Shown in pieces: positions 43,187 to 54,483 of a stretch of 64,000 nt of DNA. The position numbers were made by a program, and so were the translations under genes. Numbering within the stretch: the first letter of the stretch is position 1; every line of letters starts with the position of its first letter. Below the pieces are notes generated by a model. The model saw only the letters and a program-made list of their open reading frames with translations, had not been told where the DNA came from and did not search any database. Source of the DNA: Rebecca billardiae RCC1528 (Eukaryota; Protista; Haptophyta); assembly GCA_965240325.2 (NCBI GenBank), contig OZ251229.1:2108001-2172000 (forward strand), in the 5' to 3' direction.

Positions 43187-44234
43187 GATGAGTTCGGGAC
43201 GGAGAAGGGGGGGGGAGAGGCAAGAGCGGCGGCTGGCGAGCGCGTTCCTTCAGACTGTTGGCCGGGACTGTCGACTGATGACCGCGTCGTCCCATCAACT
43301 AGTGATCAGTTTCGTCCAACAAACATGCTCAACGGCGCAGATGACTGCTGCGACCAGTGCGACTCGTCTTCTCATAAAAGGTACGTCGCCTAACGAGACG
43401 GTCCCAGGACTGTTTGGTGGTTGTCCCCGAAGCGCAACGCTGCTTCGTGAGAGAGCCTGTCCTTATTTCGTCCCGGGTATTTTCACAGCAACCGCCGAAC
43501 CGGCGCGGCGCCCGGTGGCAGCGACCAACGGCCGCGCGGTATTGTTCGGTCTCAAGATTTCATTTCGACGGGCAACATTTGCCCAATTTCCCAAGAAAAC
43601 GCGCGCAGATTCGCAACGTTCACGGGCAGTGAGCGCTCCAAGATCGGCCGATGCGTCGACGGCGTCTGCGGTACAACGCCGCGGCCGAGCAGCCGGACGA
43701 TGAGAAGGAGGTGCAGCGCTCTCTTCCCATGTGGACTGAGGCACCGGAGCCTGCCCTGAGCCGGGCCGCGTCGCGCCGCCGCCGCAGCCCGCCCGCGGCC
43801 GCGGCTGCGCCGTCGTGCCGCGGATCGATATTCGATCGCGAGTCGTCTACCCGCATATATGATGTATGTAGAGCGTTAAGACCACCAAGCATCATAATTC
43901 ATGTACACACTGATAGCCGCGCTCCGGGCTTATCAGTCATCAGATCGTCGGCGGCATTGAACAGCACTCGGTACCTGAATGGCAATTAACTGGCGGCTCG
44001 CGGCGCGGCGGCGCGGGCCTGGGCCCGCCGGGTCCCGCCGCCGGCCGCCCGCCGCGCGAGCCCGGCGATCAGTGCCCGGCGAAGTAATACTGGCGACCGG
44101 CCTCACGCCCCACCGTCAGTATCGGAGTATATCGAGAGACTGCGCTGAGATCGGCGACCACGTCATCCGTCATCGTCGGCCTAAATATAGACAGCTCTCC
44201 AGGGGAACCTGCTCACAGTGGAATCGCCTGGGGC

Positions 44235-45431
44235 TCAACAGTCAAGAGTACGACAACGTTTCGAAATGGCCGCGCGCTCAGCTGTCCCGGAGGCTGCGAA
44301 GGCGCTGGGGCGGCTGGGCATATCGTTGTAAGCGCGTAGCAACTCGGCCTCGATGCGGGCCGCCACATGGTCGGCCCAGGCACCCGTCGCAACGTCGACC
44401 ACTGGCGCTGCGGCCTGCGAGGTCCGCCTCGCCACGGGCATGGCCTCGTCTGCACGGCCGCCGCCTGGCGTCACCGCGAATATGTCGATGGCGAGCATGC
44501 CGGTGTCGGTGTACGCGTGCGCGGTGACGTGGGCGCGCGTCGCGCGGCAGCCGTGCATGCCATGCCCGGCACCGCCCACGGCCAGCTCGGCCCCATCGCC
44601 CGTGCCGGCGTCCCCGAGTGCGAGCAGCAGCAGCAGCGTGAAGCCGGGTGGGCTGTCGTCCCCGTCACGAGGCAGTGACACGAGCTGGGCGTGCACGACG
44701 CGCGCGTGCGGCGAGACTGCGCGGCGGATCAGCGCGAGCGTCGCCTGCCCGTGCGCCGCGGCGCGCAAGCCACCGTCGGACTCGGCCAGCCCGTGGCTGC
44801 CTCCGCTGCCGCTGTCGCCGCTGCCGCCACCAGGGCTGCCGAGGCCAAAGAGGCCTGTACAGTCGAGCAACGCATGCGCTCCGCCCTGCGCGCTGTGGCG
44901 GTGGATCACGGGCATGCGCTCCGTGGACGGGAGTTGCGTGAAGCGCGCGCGCTCCGTCTGCGCGCACGAGCCGAGCGCCACGCCAACGCCATGCGCCTGC
45001 AGCCGCGCGAGCACGCGCTCGAGCCCAGCCGACGCGCGCGTCGCACCGCACGTGAAGATGTCAAGCTGCAGCGACGTGCCGACCCGGTGGGCGATGAGGT
45101 GGGACTCGTCGATGAGCAGGCCGACAGTAAAGTGGTCGGCGTCGTGCGGCACGCCGGCGTACGCTGGCGCCTCCGGAGCGAGCGCGCACGGCGCGAGCGT
45201 GCTCAGCGCACGTGGGAGCGCGTACACTCGCCCACCGCCATCGCGGCCGATGGCAATGCACGCGTGCTTGATCTGTCGGGGCCGAAGCGCGCGGAGGAGC
45301 GCATCGGCAACCACCGTCACGTCTGCACGGGCGTGGACCGTCGCGAACGCCTGCGACGGGCCGAACCCGCTTTGACCCACGGCTGCCAAGTGGGAGACTG
45401 CCACGGCGAGCGCGAGGAAAGCGGCAGCCAT
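44235..45431 (-). CDS. S-adenosylmethionine decarboxylase-like proenzyme with two tandem prokaryotic-type (class 1B) domains and a signal peptide
   Basis: Domain 1 LLIDE-SHLIAH...LDIFTCG; domain 2 GAHALLD...SPPGFT...AHVTAHAYTDTGMLAIDIF. Confidence 0.75.
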   Translation of the reverse strand: MAAAFLALAVAVSHLAAVGQSGFGPSQAFATVHARADVTVVADALLRALRPRQIKHACIAIGRDGGGRVYALPRALSTLAPCALAPEAPAYAGVPHDADHFTVGLLIDESHLIAHRVGTSLQLDIFTCGATRASAGLERVLARLQAHGVGVALGSCAQTERARFTQLPSTERMPVIHRHSAQGGAHALLDCTGLFGLGSPGGGSGDSGSGGSHGLAESDGGLRAAAHGQATLALIRRAVSPHARVVHAQLVSLPRDGDDSPPGFTLLLLLALGDAGTGDGAELAVGGAGHGMHGCRATRAHVTAHAYTDTGMLAIDIFAVTPGGGRADEAMPVARRTSQAAAPVVDVATGAWADHVAARIEAELLRAYNDMPSRPSAFAASGTAERAAISKRCRTLDC

Positions 45432-45642
45432 TGTTGCCTTCGCCCGGCCGCGAGTCGCCCGACGACAAAGCACAATAAACTAAAAGTCTGTGCGCTGCTT
45501 GCATGGCCCGTCGTGCTGTCGTCGTCGAGTGGCCACTCGCTTCACGAAGCACATCGGGACCACGCTTGCCTCCGCGCTGATGAGATCTCAGCGTGGCCCG
45601 TCGTGCTGCCGTCGTCGAGTGGCTACTCGCGTCAATGCTCTC

Positions 45643-47079
45643 ATGTCCATCGTCTCTCTCCTCGAGACGCACTTGGCGTACGCGGCAGGCCCGCCGACGG
45701 CGTCCACCTCGGCACCTCCCCGGGCGTCGTGCGCGGCGCCCTGGGCCTCGCCTCTGCTGGCTGTCCTGGGCATTTTAAGTTATTCGGGGGACGAAGTGTT
45801 TCGCACAGCCTTGCGCGAAACCGCCCTGGTCGCCCCTCCGGTGGAGATCCTGCCTTGCTTTGTCGTGCGCGGGCGCGGCCTGACACGTGCGATGTTGAAG
45901 GAGCAGCAGGCACACAACGATCTCATCCTCGTGGACGCAGACGAGCGCCTCTCTCGAGCTGTCGGGCCGCTCGTGGCCATCCGCCTGTGGTTCGCACGCG
46001 CACTGGCTGACTACCCAGAGGCCCGCTTCATTGGCAAAGCGGACAGCGACGCATTCTATGACCTGGAGCGCGTGGCCGCGCAGCTCCGCCTGCTCGAGCC
46101 CCCGGTGCGCGACGGCGGCGACGATCGGCAAGGGTGGTGGTACTGGGGTCACATGGAAAGCTATCACGCCTACTCGCCCACGACCGGTGCCCTTGGGGCG
46201 TTCGGGTACAACCCGGCGCCGCCCTTGCCGTGCGCACGCCAGCTCCTGAAGAGCGACGGTATGTCCAACGCCACAGACGCCTTTGGGCCTTTCCCCTTTG
46301 CCAAGGGCCCGCTCTTCTTCCTAGAGAGACCACTGGTGGCAGCCATCAACGAGAGCGCGGAGCTCCGCGCGGAGGCGGACGCTCTCGTCGCAGAGCGCCC
46401 ACTGTACGAGGCGGACGCGCGCCGAAATGGCTACCGGCAACTTCACCCGCTCTGGGAGGACATCTGGGTGGGCTACGCCCTCGCACGGGTGGCCCCGACT
46501 GCGCCTGGCGGGCGCGTCGCCTTCCGCACCGCCAACATCGGGCGGGGCCTCTACTGGGAGGAGGGCTACAGGCGAAAACCCGGCGAGCTGACTGTGCTCT
46601 GGCACCTGCGCTACAAGCACAGGCGGTGGGCAAAGTCGCAGAGGGCGACCTTCCGCTCGTTTGCCCTCGCACACAACGACAGCCGCGTGCCCGGCCTCTG
46701 GTGCAAGCCGGTGAACCCTGCGCTCGCCACGTGCGCGCTGGCATCGGGGGGAATAGAGGCTGCGAGTGCTTGGGTGGCGGACCTGGATGCGCTCGTGCCA
46801 GACATCAAGAAGAAACGCAGCTACACGATCGGTGGCGCTTACATACCTGCCGAATGGCACAAAACGACCGCGCACCAGCACTTCTCGTCGCGCAATGAGC
46901 ACAACGAGACCGCCGCGACGTATGGCACGTATGCAGCCGGCGCCGGCGCCACCGGTGGCGCGGACGAGCCGCACCCTGGCAGCGGCCGAGGGACAGGCCA
47001 CGGAAAAGATGCTGGGCCTCGGGCCCTATTTCGCTTCTGTGAATTCATTGCATCGACGAAAGCAGTCCGCCCGAGCTGA
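45643..47079 (+). CDS. Glycosyltransferase family 31-like (galactosyltransferase-like) protein; start uncertain
   Basis: EQQAHNDLILVD, ARFIGKADSD (DxD), WYWG, PFPFAKGPLFFL, WEDIWVGY. Confidence 0.7.
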   Translation: MSIVSLLETHLAYAAGPPTASTSAPPRASCAAPWASPLLAVLGILSYSGDEVFRTALRETALVAPPVEILPCFVVRGRGLTRAMLKEQQAHNDLILVDADERLSRAVGPLVAIRLWFARALADYPEARFIGKADSDAFYDLERVAAQLRLLEPPVRDGGDDRQGWWYWGHMESYHAYSPTTGALGAFGYNPAPPLPCARQLLKSDGMSNATDAFGPFPFAKGPLFFLERPLVAAINESAELRAEADALVAERPLYEADARRNGYRQLHPLWEDIWVGYALARVAPTAPGGRVAFRTANIGRGLYWEEGYRRKPGELTVLWHLRYKHRRWAKSQRATFRSFALAHNDSRVPGLWCKPVNPALATCALASGGIEAASAWVADLDALVPDIKKKRSYTIGGAYIPAEWHKTTAHQHFSSRNEHNETAATYGTYAAGAGATGGADEPHPGSGRGTGHGKDAGPRALFRFCEFIASTKAVRPS

Positions 47080-47609
47080 TAGCCTGATCGGACGCATGGA
47101 CTTCAGCCATCAGAGATACCGTAGCTATGGCTTATATACGGCGCAGAAGTTGCGCGCCGCCATTATACTTTATTACTGCTTTTTATAATAAATAAATCAT
47201 TAAATAGTATATATATTTATAACGACGTGGTATGCCGAACGGGCCGAAGCGTCAGTCAGGCTCAGAGTGCAGCAGACTTATGAGACACATATATGAATGC
47301 GTCCCGGCGCCTTCCGACCAGGTCAGGCAGTGCGCCACCCGCACGGCCCTGCCCCCGCCCTCGAGTGGCTACTCGGAGTACGCAGGACGGCGGGGCCCGC
47401 GGCCCGCCCGGGTCCGGGGATGGAGGCACCGCCTCGGCCTGCCAGGGCACGCGGCGGCGAAGGCAGATGCCGCCGCGGCCGAGCGCCTTCCGGAGCACGT
47501 CTTCAACTCGTTCAAGAATCAAGGATGAGGGTGAGGTCGTAGTGTATTATACATAATCAATATATATATATATATTAAGTATGTATATATATAGTGCATA
47601 GTATTATTA

Positions 47610-49446
47610 TGGCGCACGGCCCCCCCGAAAGGTCTGAGCGTGAGCGAAAGCCGGGGGGGGCGGCGCACGTGCTCCGCAAAATCAAAAAAGAGGATGCGCG
47701 CAGGATTTGGGGGATTTTTGTAGGTGGATTTAGGTGTGAAACCGCAGCATTTGAGTCCATTTCGCTGCTCATGATTGCGTTTGTACTGCTCCTTAATCCT
47801 TGGATAGTAAGTAATAGAAGAAATCGGAATCAAATAGGACGAAGTCATCTAGCTACCATTCTGATAGTCAAGATTCGTGTGTTGAACTGACCATAAAAAA
47901 GGTGAGATATCGAACTAATTCTCTGGATAGCTGTTCACTCCTCAGATTCATCAAAGCGACGCGATATGGTATTGCGCGGGTAGCTTGAATCGACGTTCCC
48001 GCGCGCCCTGGCCTTCTTGGCCTAATGTGGGTGGCATTCGACGTACCTCTATATCTGCGAGGATTAACAGCTCTCTGAAAACGAGTGTGTCCTGGACAGC
48101 TTGAAAGGGGAAATCCAAATTTTGCGGTTTTAACCCAAGATTCTCATGCCCATATTCAGCATGAGTAGTCATAAGACAATTCATCGGTGAACAGAATCAA
48201 GAAGCCTGGCTTCTTGATATCGAGATCCGATTCACAAAGCCAATCAGCGTGGTCTCCAACTGGCTTGTTAATCACCTGTAAATTGTAAAGGTGATTAGTG
48301 ATCACCCGCGTGATGTGATTATTGTGAGCAGCCTGAAACCATAATAATAAGCGCGAGTTGCGAGTCGTGAACCGTCACTTCACCACGCGCCGCACGCCGA
48401 CGCGCCGACGCTGCGCGCGTACGAGGTGGCGCAGCTGCTGCTCGAGGTGATTGCGCACTGCGCGCTCGACCCCGCCGAGCCCGCCGCGTGCGCCACCGCA
48501 CCGCGCCCTCGTGGCGGACGGCGGCGCCCGGCGTGAGTGACGGCGTCCGCCGGGCCGCCGTGGGCGATGGCGCGCGGCGCGTGACCCGACGTACGCGGCG
48601 GCGCTCGGCCGTGCGGGCGCGCTCGCGCGGCTATGGACTCGCTCGAGGGAGCGCTGTGCGCGCTCGCCGAGCCGCCGCTGCCCGCCGCCGCCGCAAGCCG
48701 CAGGCCGCTCGCGCGCCGCGGCCGCGGCGAGGCGCGCCGGCGGCGGCGGCGTGGCGCGCTGCGGAGGCGCCGCTGCTGCCGCCGCGCGCGGCGCAGCGGC
48801 TTCTCGCGCAGTGGTCGGGCGCGGCGCTGTGGCTCGCACCACTGCACCGCGCCCTCGTGGCGGACGGTGGCGCACGCGGCCGCGGCCGTGTGGGCGATGG
48901 CGCGCGGCGCGCGACCCGCGGCGCTCGGCCGTGCGGGCGCGCTCGCGCGGCTATGGACTCGCTCGAGGGAGCGCTGTGCGCGCTCGCCGAGCCGCCGCAG
49001 CCCGCCGCCGCCGCAAGCCGCAAGCCGCTCGCGCGCCGTGGTCCTGGCTGAGGCGGGCGGCGGCGGCGCGGCGCGCGCCGCGGAGGCGCCGCTGCTCGGC
49101 CGCCGCGCGCGGCGCCGAGCGGCTTCTGCCTTCTCGCGAAGTGGTCGGGCGCGGCGCTGTGGCTGCTCTGCGCGCAGCACGGCTGCGCACACAACGCGCG
49201 TGCGAGCTCGCGTGCACCCCCGGCGCCGCCGCCCGGCTGTCGGATCTTATTGCGCGCCGCTCTGCCTCAGCTGCGTCGCCGTTCACACTGAGCCGAGCAC
49301 TTGGCAGTCGGCTGACTCGCCAGTGTGACTCGGCTGCACGGCGCATGCACCGTCCGACCGTCCGACCGTGTCGTCACAAGCCGGCTGCTAGGGCCGTGCG
49401 CCCTCAACTTCGTTGTTCACTACCCGAAGATCGGCGTAGCCGATCA
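47610..49446 (+). mobile_element. Non-autonomous Helitron2-like element, family 2 copy C
   Basis: TA|TGGCGCACGGCCC start; inverted gggccgtgcgcc at 49391-49402; hairpin gatcggc-gta-gccgatc at 49429-49445; direct homologue of 57086-58757. Confidence 0.8.
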
Positions 49447-50915
49447 TTATAATTATATTAATAGAATCGGCGAGTCAACAAGCTGCAGAATCAATCAGTA
49501 AGCTACACTGTCAGGGCGGCTGATATCTCTGAATAAGATCTGAAGAGTCAATATAATTTAATTCAATGTCAATTCTGGTGAACACATCTTTAAATATTTG
49601 ATTTACTTATTCTATTGAAAGCTCTGGCGGCTCCGATCCTCTTTAATTGGTTGTCACCTAGCTACTGCGTCTGCTAGTGCTGAGTGCTGAGTGCTGAGGC
49701 CAAAGAGCAATCAGTGTTCTATAACCGTTCGCTTATGGGGGTATAACTTCGCCTGTAACTCGCCTCCCTGGCCGCCCGCCGTCTCTCCAGACTGCTGGTG
49801 TGTACCTGTCAGGACGCATCCGGACCTCCTTGGCAGCAAGGTCTCGTCATTGAAGATTAATTTACGAACGGTCAGAAACTGCTTCGGTCGGCTGCAGTCG
49901 CGGGCTCCCGGCCGAGAATGGTCGTCGGGAGACCCGCGTGTGGCAGCAGACCGCCAGCTTCGGGGCGGCCTGCTACAGCCGCCTCATGCGACGCCGAGGA
50001 CGGGCAGCTCTCCTCGGGGTGTTGATTCTCCGCGCGTGGCGCCTCTCTACGTGTGGCGGCACGCGGCGGTCCGCCTCTCCGCGTCCGCGGCGAGCTGCAC
50101 GCCGGGGTACGCTGATCTCCGTGCGGGTTGACAACCTGGGTGGTCGGGCGCGCCGCACTCCGGTGGCCGGGCGCGCTCGGTCCTTACACGCGGCGTCTCG
50201 GTGTTCGCCGCTCCTCATGTCGCGCGCTGTTCGGCGGCGGCGACCGCGGCGTCGCGGTCTGCCTCTCCGCGTGGCGTCGTGGCAAGCTGCACGCGGGCGG
50301 CCGGGCGGCCCCTCGGTGCCTGCGGCGCGAGGGCGCGGGGCTCGGCGCGGCCTCACCCCGCTGCGGGCGCTCCGGAACAACGACTCCTCGCTCGTCCCCG
50401 CTCCTCTCTCTCGCCGCCCGGCGTGCCCGCCACGCTCTGCCCCGCGGGCGCGTGCTGCGTCTCTGCGGGCGGGCGCGCGTCGTGGGCAGGAGACCTGGCC
50501 CGGCGACGGCAGGTCCGCGCTGGGGCTGCCCGCGGGCGCGGTGGCTGGGTGTCCGCTGCCTCCCCGCGACGCGGCACGGCTGCCTGGCTGCCTCCGTCGG
50601 CTGCCGGCGGGCGTCATCGTCGGACATAAGCCGACGCGCGCTGCTTGGCCGAGCCCTGCTTGCCCGCGCGCGCGGCGTGCGCGCGCACGCGCGCGCTGGC
50701 TCGCAGTCCGCTCAAACTGACTCCCGTGTCTGTCGTCCCCTTTCGTTCGTTCACACACGCGCGCTCTGCGCGTAGCGCGCCGGCGCGGGCCCCCCGATGA
50801 TTCCTCTGTCTCCCATCGGTGCGTTGCTGCCGTCACAATCCCCCCTTCCCCATCGGAATCAATCATCAATTACCGGAGTAGGAATACGAACGAGCGTCAT
50901 GATCAGGTGCTACTT

Positions 50916-52475
50916 ATGCGGAGCGCGGCGGCCGCATGCGGCGGCGTGCTTCTCGGCGGGTGCCTGGGCATGATGCTCGCCACGCTCGCTCGGCCCCCGA
51001 GCACCGTCTGCCCTGTGCCGGCTGCGCCGGTGGCTGCTGTTGCGCATGCGCGCGATGCAGCGGCCGCGCTTGGTGCGGAGGTGGCCGCAGGAGCACCCGT
51101 CGCCGGCGGCCCCACCGAGCCGCCCGGAGGAGCTCGCAACGAGACCGCCGAGCTGCGGATGGCGAGCCTCGAGCACTGGCGCGAGCACATGTGGGCCGCG
51201 TGGCGCCGCGCCAAGTTCCAGAAGCTGCACGCGCAGACGGGCTGCTCGGACGCAGCGGTCGTGCTGCCGTACCTCACGCGCGAGGCGCGGCTCGCGCGCT
51301 GCCGCATGGACGGGGGCACTGGCGCACGGCCGCTGCTCGTGCTCGACGTGGGCGCGAACGTGGGCGCGTTCGCCAACGAGGTCATGTCCGCGCTGGGCGA
51401 CCTGTCGGTGCGGTTTGAGCACCGCAGCAGCAAGGACGTGTGCCGCCGCCCCGCGCACTCGCTGCCCGCGCCCCTCGACGTGGTCTTCGTCGAGGGCAAC
51501 CCGCCGACCTGCGAAGTGCTGGCCAAGCACGTGCGCAGGCTGTACGGGACGGACCCCGCCGAGCTCTCCCCGCCCGAGCCCGGCGCGCACGGCGTGTCCG
51601 GCTCGGTGCGCCGCTGGACCAACGTGCTCGACGACGCCGGCCAGCAGGGCGCGGGCTCGGGGCACGCGACGCTGGCGTGCGTGGCGGCGGCAGAGGAGGA
51701 CGGGCTGATCCGGTGGACCGTGCCGGACGACGCGACGGGCGGGGCGGGCAGCGAGTTCAACGTGGGCCTGAGCGGCGTCACCGTCATCGCCCCCAACGTG
51801 CGCACGCGCGTCGTCAACGTGACCGGCCGCACCGTCACGTCCCTCGTGCGCAGCCTCGGCCGTGACGACTCGAGCGGGGAGACGCGCACGCTGCTCCGCA
51901 AGTACCAGCGCCACCCGTGGTGCAGCGGGCTCGAGGACGCGCGCCGCCCCGCGTCCGCGCCGCGCAAGGCCGAGGCCTACCCGGCGGTGCGCCTCGCGCG
52001 CGGCGCGGCGCGCCGCGTCTTCCTGCTCAAGGTCGACGCGGAGGGCGCGGACGGCATCGTGCTGCGCGGGGCGCGGCCGCTGCTGCGCGCGCACGAGGTC
52101 GACTTCCTGATCTTCGAGTACAACTCGATCTGGCCCGGGCGCGAGCGGCCGCTGTCGCGGGCGCTGCACCCCGTCCTCGACGCGGGCTACGACTGCGCGA
52201 TGGTGGGCATCGCGGGCATGGTGCCCCTCGGCGGCGCGTGGTGGGCGCGCGGCTGGGACGCGCACAGCCACCTGATGTTCTCCAACGTGTTCTGCGCGCT
52301 GCGGCGCCGCGCGTTTGTGGCCATCGTCACGGCGTACAATGCGAGGGGGCCCTTTGACGTGCTGGACTGGCCCGCCGGGCTGCTCGAGTGGGGTCTGGCG
52401 CAGCCCAGGGCTGACGCGGTGGGGATGCGCCTGGCTCAGGAGCGCCAGCACGCGCCACAGTCAACACGGGTATAA
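50916..52475 (+). CDS. FkbM-family methyltransferase with N-terminal membrane anchor
   Basis: VLDVGANVG, VFVEGNP, LLKVDAEGAD..VLRGA..LL, FLIFEY. Confidence 0.8.
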   Translation: MRSAAAACGGVLLGGCLGMMLATLARPPSTVCPVPAAPVAAVAHARDAAAALGAEVAAGAPVAGGPTEPPGGARNETAELRMASLEHWREHMWAAWRRAKFQKLHAQTGCSDAAVVLPYLTREARLARCRMDGGTGARPLLVLDVGANVGAFANEVMSALGDLSVRFEHRSSKDVCRRPAHSLPAPLDVVFVEGNPPTCEVLAKHVRRLYGTDPAELSPPEPGAHGVSGSVRRWTNVLDDAGQQGAGSGHATLACVAAAEEDGLIRWTVPDDATGGAGSEFNVGLSGVTVIAPNVRTRVVNVTGRTVTSLVRSLGRDDSSGETRTLLRKYQRHPWCSGLEDARRPASAPRKAEAYPAVRLARGAARRVFLLKVDAEGADGIVLRGARPLLRAHEVDFLIFEYNSIWPGRERPLSRALHPVLDAGYDCAMVGIAGMVPLGGAWWARGWDAHSHLMFSNVFCALRRRAFVAIVTAYNARGPFDVLDWPAGLLEWGLAQPRADAVGMRLAQERQHAPQSTRV

Positions 52476-52648
52476 TACGACGACGCTAAGAGACGACTAC
52501 TGTACGATCGCAGAGACTCACTTCCACGGTTGCCTGAAATCGGTAATATATAATTAAACGTAGTAGTTATTTTCCGCCGAGTAGACCGATATCACATCAG
52601 ACTCACTGAGCCAGCTACGGCTATAAATAACCGCGTACTCAGACCCGA

Positions 52649-53236
52649 GGCTCCGGCTCCGGTCCGCACCCCCCCCCCGAGCTCCGTTACGTCTTCACGG
52701 TCTTGGCCCCGAGCCGAAGTCAACCAAGCGGACCATGCAGCAGAGTCCCTTGACCCTTCCCGCGGCTTCCCGGGCTTGAGGGCGTCCGAGGCTTCCGACG
52801 GCCCCGATTGCTGATGACTTCATAGTTCATTCGTCAACGAGAAATAATGTCGCATGCGACCACCTCCCAATAGGTTCAGACTCTATTTTAATATATAATT
52901 ACCCGTCCCTTACTCAGATTTCAACACAGTCCGGGAGCGTTCCGGACACCTGTATACATATGCGAAAACGATACCCGGAGGCCGGACTGGGTATTGAGTT
53001 AAAATACTTAAATCAGCCGAAAATAGAATCTGAACCTATTCAGGCCAGGTGTGCGGAGCCCTGGGCCTGATTAGATCCATCTGGCCGTAAAGTATCGTCC
53101 AAGGGACCGCCTGGGGAGGGCTAGGAGCTATTGTAGATCATCAGAGGCGGCGATCCCGCCGATTGCAGTGTCAAGATATCATGTAGTAACGCTCCAGTGA
53201 CCGTCGGACTGGGGGGGGGGGACCGAAGCCGGAGCC
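52649..53236. mobile_element. TIR element family 3 (MITE-like) with internal 21-bp inverted repeat
   Basis: ggctccggctccggtcc (52649-52665) versus ggaccgaagccggagcc (53220-53236); internal IR aataggttcagactctatttt / aaaatagaatctgaacctatt (52869-53040). Confidence 0.6.
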
Positions 53237-53271
53237 ACGTTATGCATCAAGAGTGAGGCGCGGTCCGAGCG

Positions 53272-53931
53272 CTAGAAGTACTCGGGGGCGATCAGACGGA
53301 GGAAGCACACGCCCGCAATCACCCCTGGCGCCGAGTAGAGCACGTGCTTGGCCGCGGATGGCGGCGCAGCATTGTAGAGGGCAGCGAGCGTGCAGCCGGC
53401 GGCAAGGAAGTATACCCTCAGCCGCGACGGTGGCGACAGGCCGGCAAGCATGTGGGGTTGGGAGCCGACAAACAGGCACCAATTCCCCACATTTGCGAGC
53501 ACGTGCAGCGCTATGTGGCATCGCACCGCGGCCTTCACACGGCCGCCAAGGCAGCAGCCGGTGTAGTAGCTGGCAATGCCCGCGCCGGTGAAGAACCAGT
53601 AGCCCACGAGCCACTCGGCGCGCATGGCGAACGCGTTCCACATGCAGACCGCGGCAGACACGTGCACGCAGCTGATGTCCAGCACGCGTCGGAGCCCGGG
53701 GCCTGGCCGGCGCCAATAGTTGAGGCTGGTGGCCCACACCAGGAAGGGCATCGGCGCGAGGTGAAACGTGCGGCACGCGAGCGCCATGAAGAAGGACACC
53801 AGGCAGAGCCAGGAGACCCGCCAGATTTTCAGGGCATGCTCCGCGGGAAACACTTGACTACGCCCATCGCCACTGGGCTTCCCCTTGACCAATCCGAACG
53901 CCGACATGGAGGGGTTCGGCGCGCGGCACAT
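53272..53931 (-). CDS. Multi-pass membrane protein, CREST-superfamily-like
   Basis: Several hydrophobic helices; TSLNYWRRP..GLRRVLD and HIALH (HxxxH). Confidence 0.6.
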   Translation of the reverse strand: MCRAPNPSMSAFGLVKGKPSGDGRSQVFPAEHALKIWRVSWLCLVSFFMALACRTFHLAPMPFLVWATSLNYWRRPGPGLRRVLDISCVHVSAAVCMWNAFAMRAEWLVGYWFFTGAGIASYYTGCCLGGRVKAAVRCHIALHVLANVGNWCLFVGSQPHMLAGLSPPSRLRVYFLAAGCTLAALYNAAPPSAAKHVLYSAPGVIAGVCFLRLIAPEYF

Positions 53932-54185
53932 CACGTCCTGCTCGTGAGACGCGGGATCGGGACCCTCCCGACCAGCTCGCGCCGGCGTCTTCCAACTGGT
54001 ATTTCGTAAGCCCCTTGTTCCAACTGCTGCCGGCTTCCGCGCGCTGGTCCGGGGGGGGGGGCGCCGGGGGGGGGGCGTTCCGGCGGTTGGAGGTTGGTGC
54101 TGTACAACCTGAAACCCGCAGAGCTTTGCCGGGTACTGTACTGTCACGCCTTAACCAAGTGTGCACGTTAAAACATAGTAAACTG

Positions 54186-54232
54186 TACAGTTTACGAAGA
54201 ATAAGAGACGCACACAGCTCAGGCAGGCGAGA
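54186..54232 (+). repeat. 47-bp dispersed repeat, copy 3
   Basis: Matches copy 1 with one substitution; left edge lies in the 18-bp palindrome gtaaactgtacagtttac. Confidence 0.9.
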
Positions 54233-54483
54233 TCAGCCGAGGGTCCGAGACCTCCTGATCGACCACGGCGCTGTGCACGACGGTGCCAGTGGACGTGACG
54301 TCGTACCGGCACGCTGGAGCAACTACAGTACCGGGCCTCTGCCCTCACCAACTTGAGGACTCGCCGCTCAAGCCGCAGTCTTCTCCGCCTGATGTTGAGC
54401 GGCCTCGCCGTCGTGCCTGCCCGCGCCGCATGCCCCTGACCCGAGGCCCGGGCTGAGGTGCCCCACGCAGTCTCTGCTACCCG

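Noticed and set aside
47850-48300. Low-GC interior of family 2 as a transposase remnant (minus-strand LSYDYSC resembles the YDxxC of KDZ transposases)
   Set aside because: Too short, followed immediately by a stop, and no other motifs found; needs a profile search.
49691-50869. Arg/Pro-rich ORFs of 200-300 aa
   Set aside because: Low complexity with no motif; probably decayed non-coding DNA.
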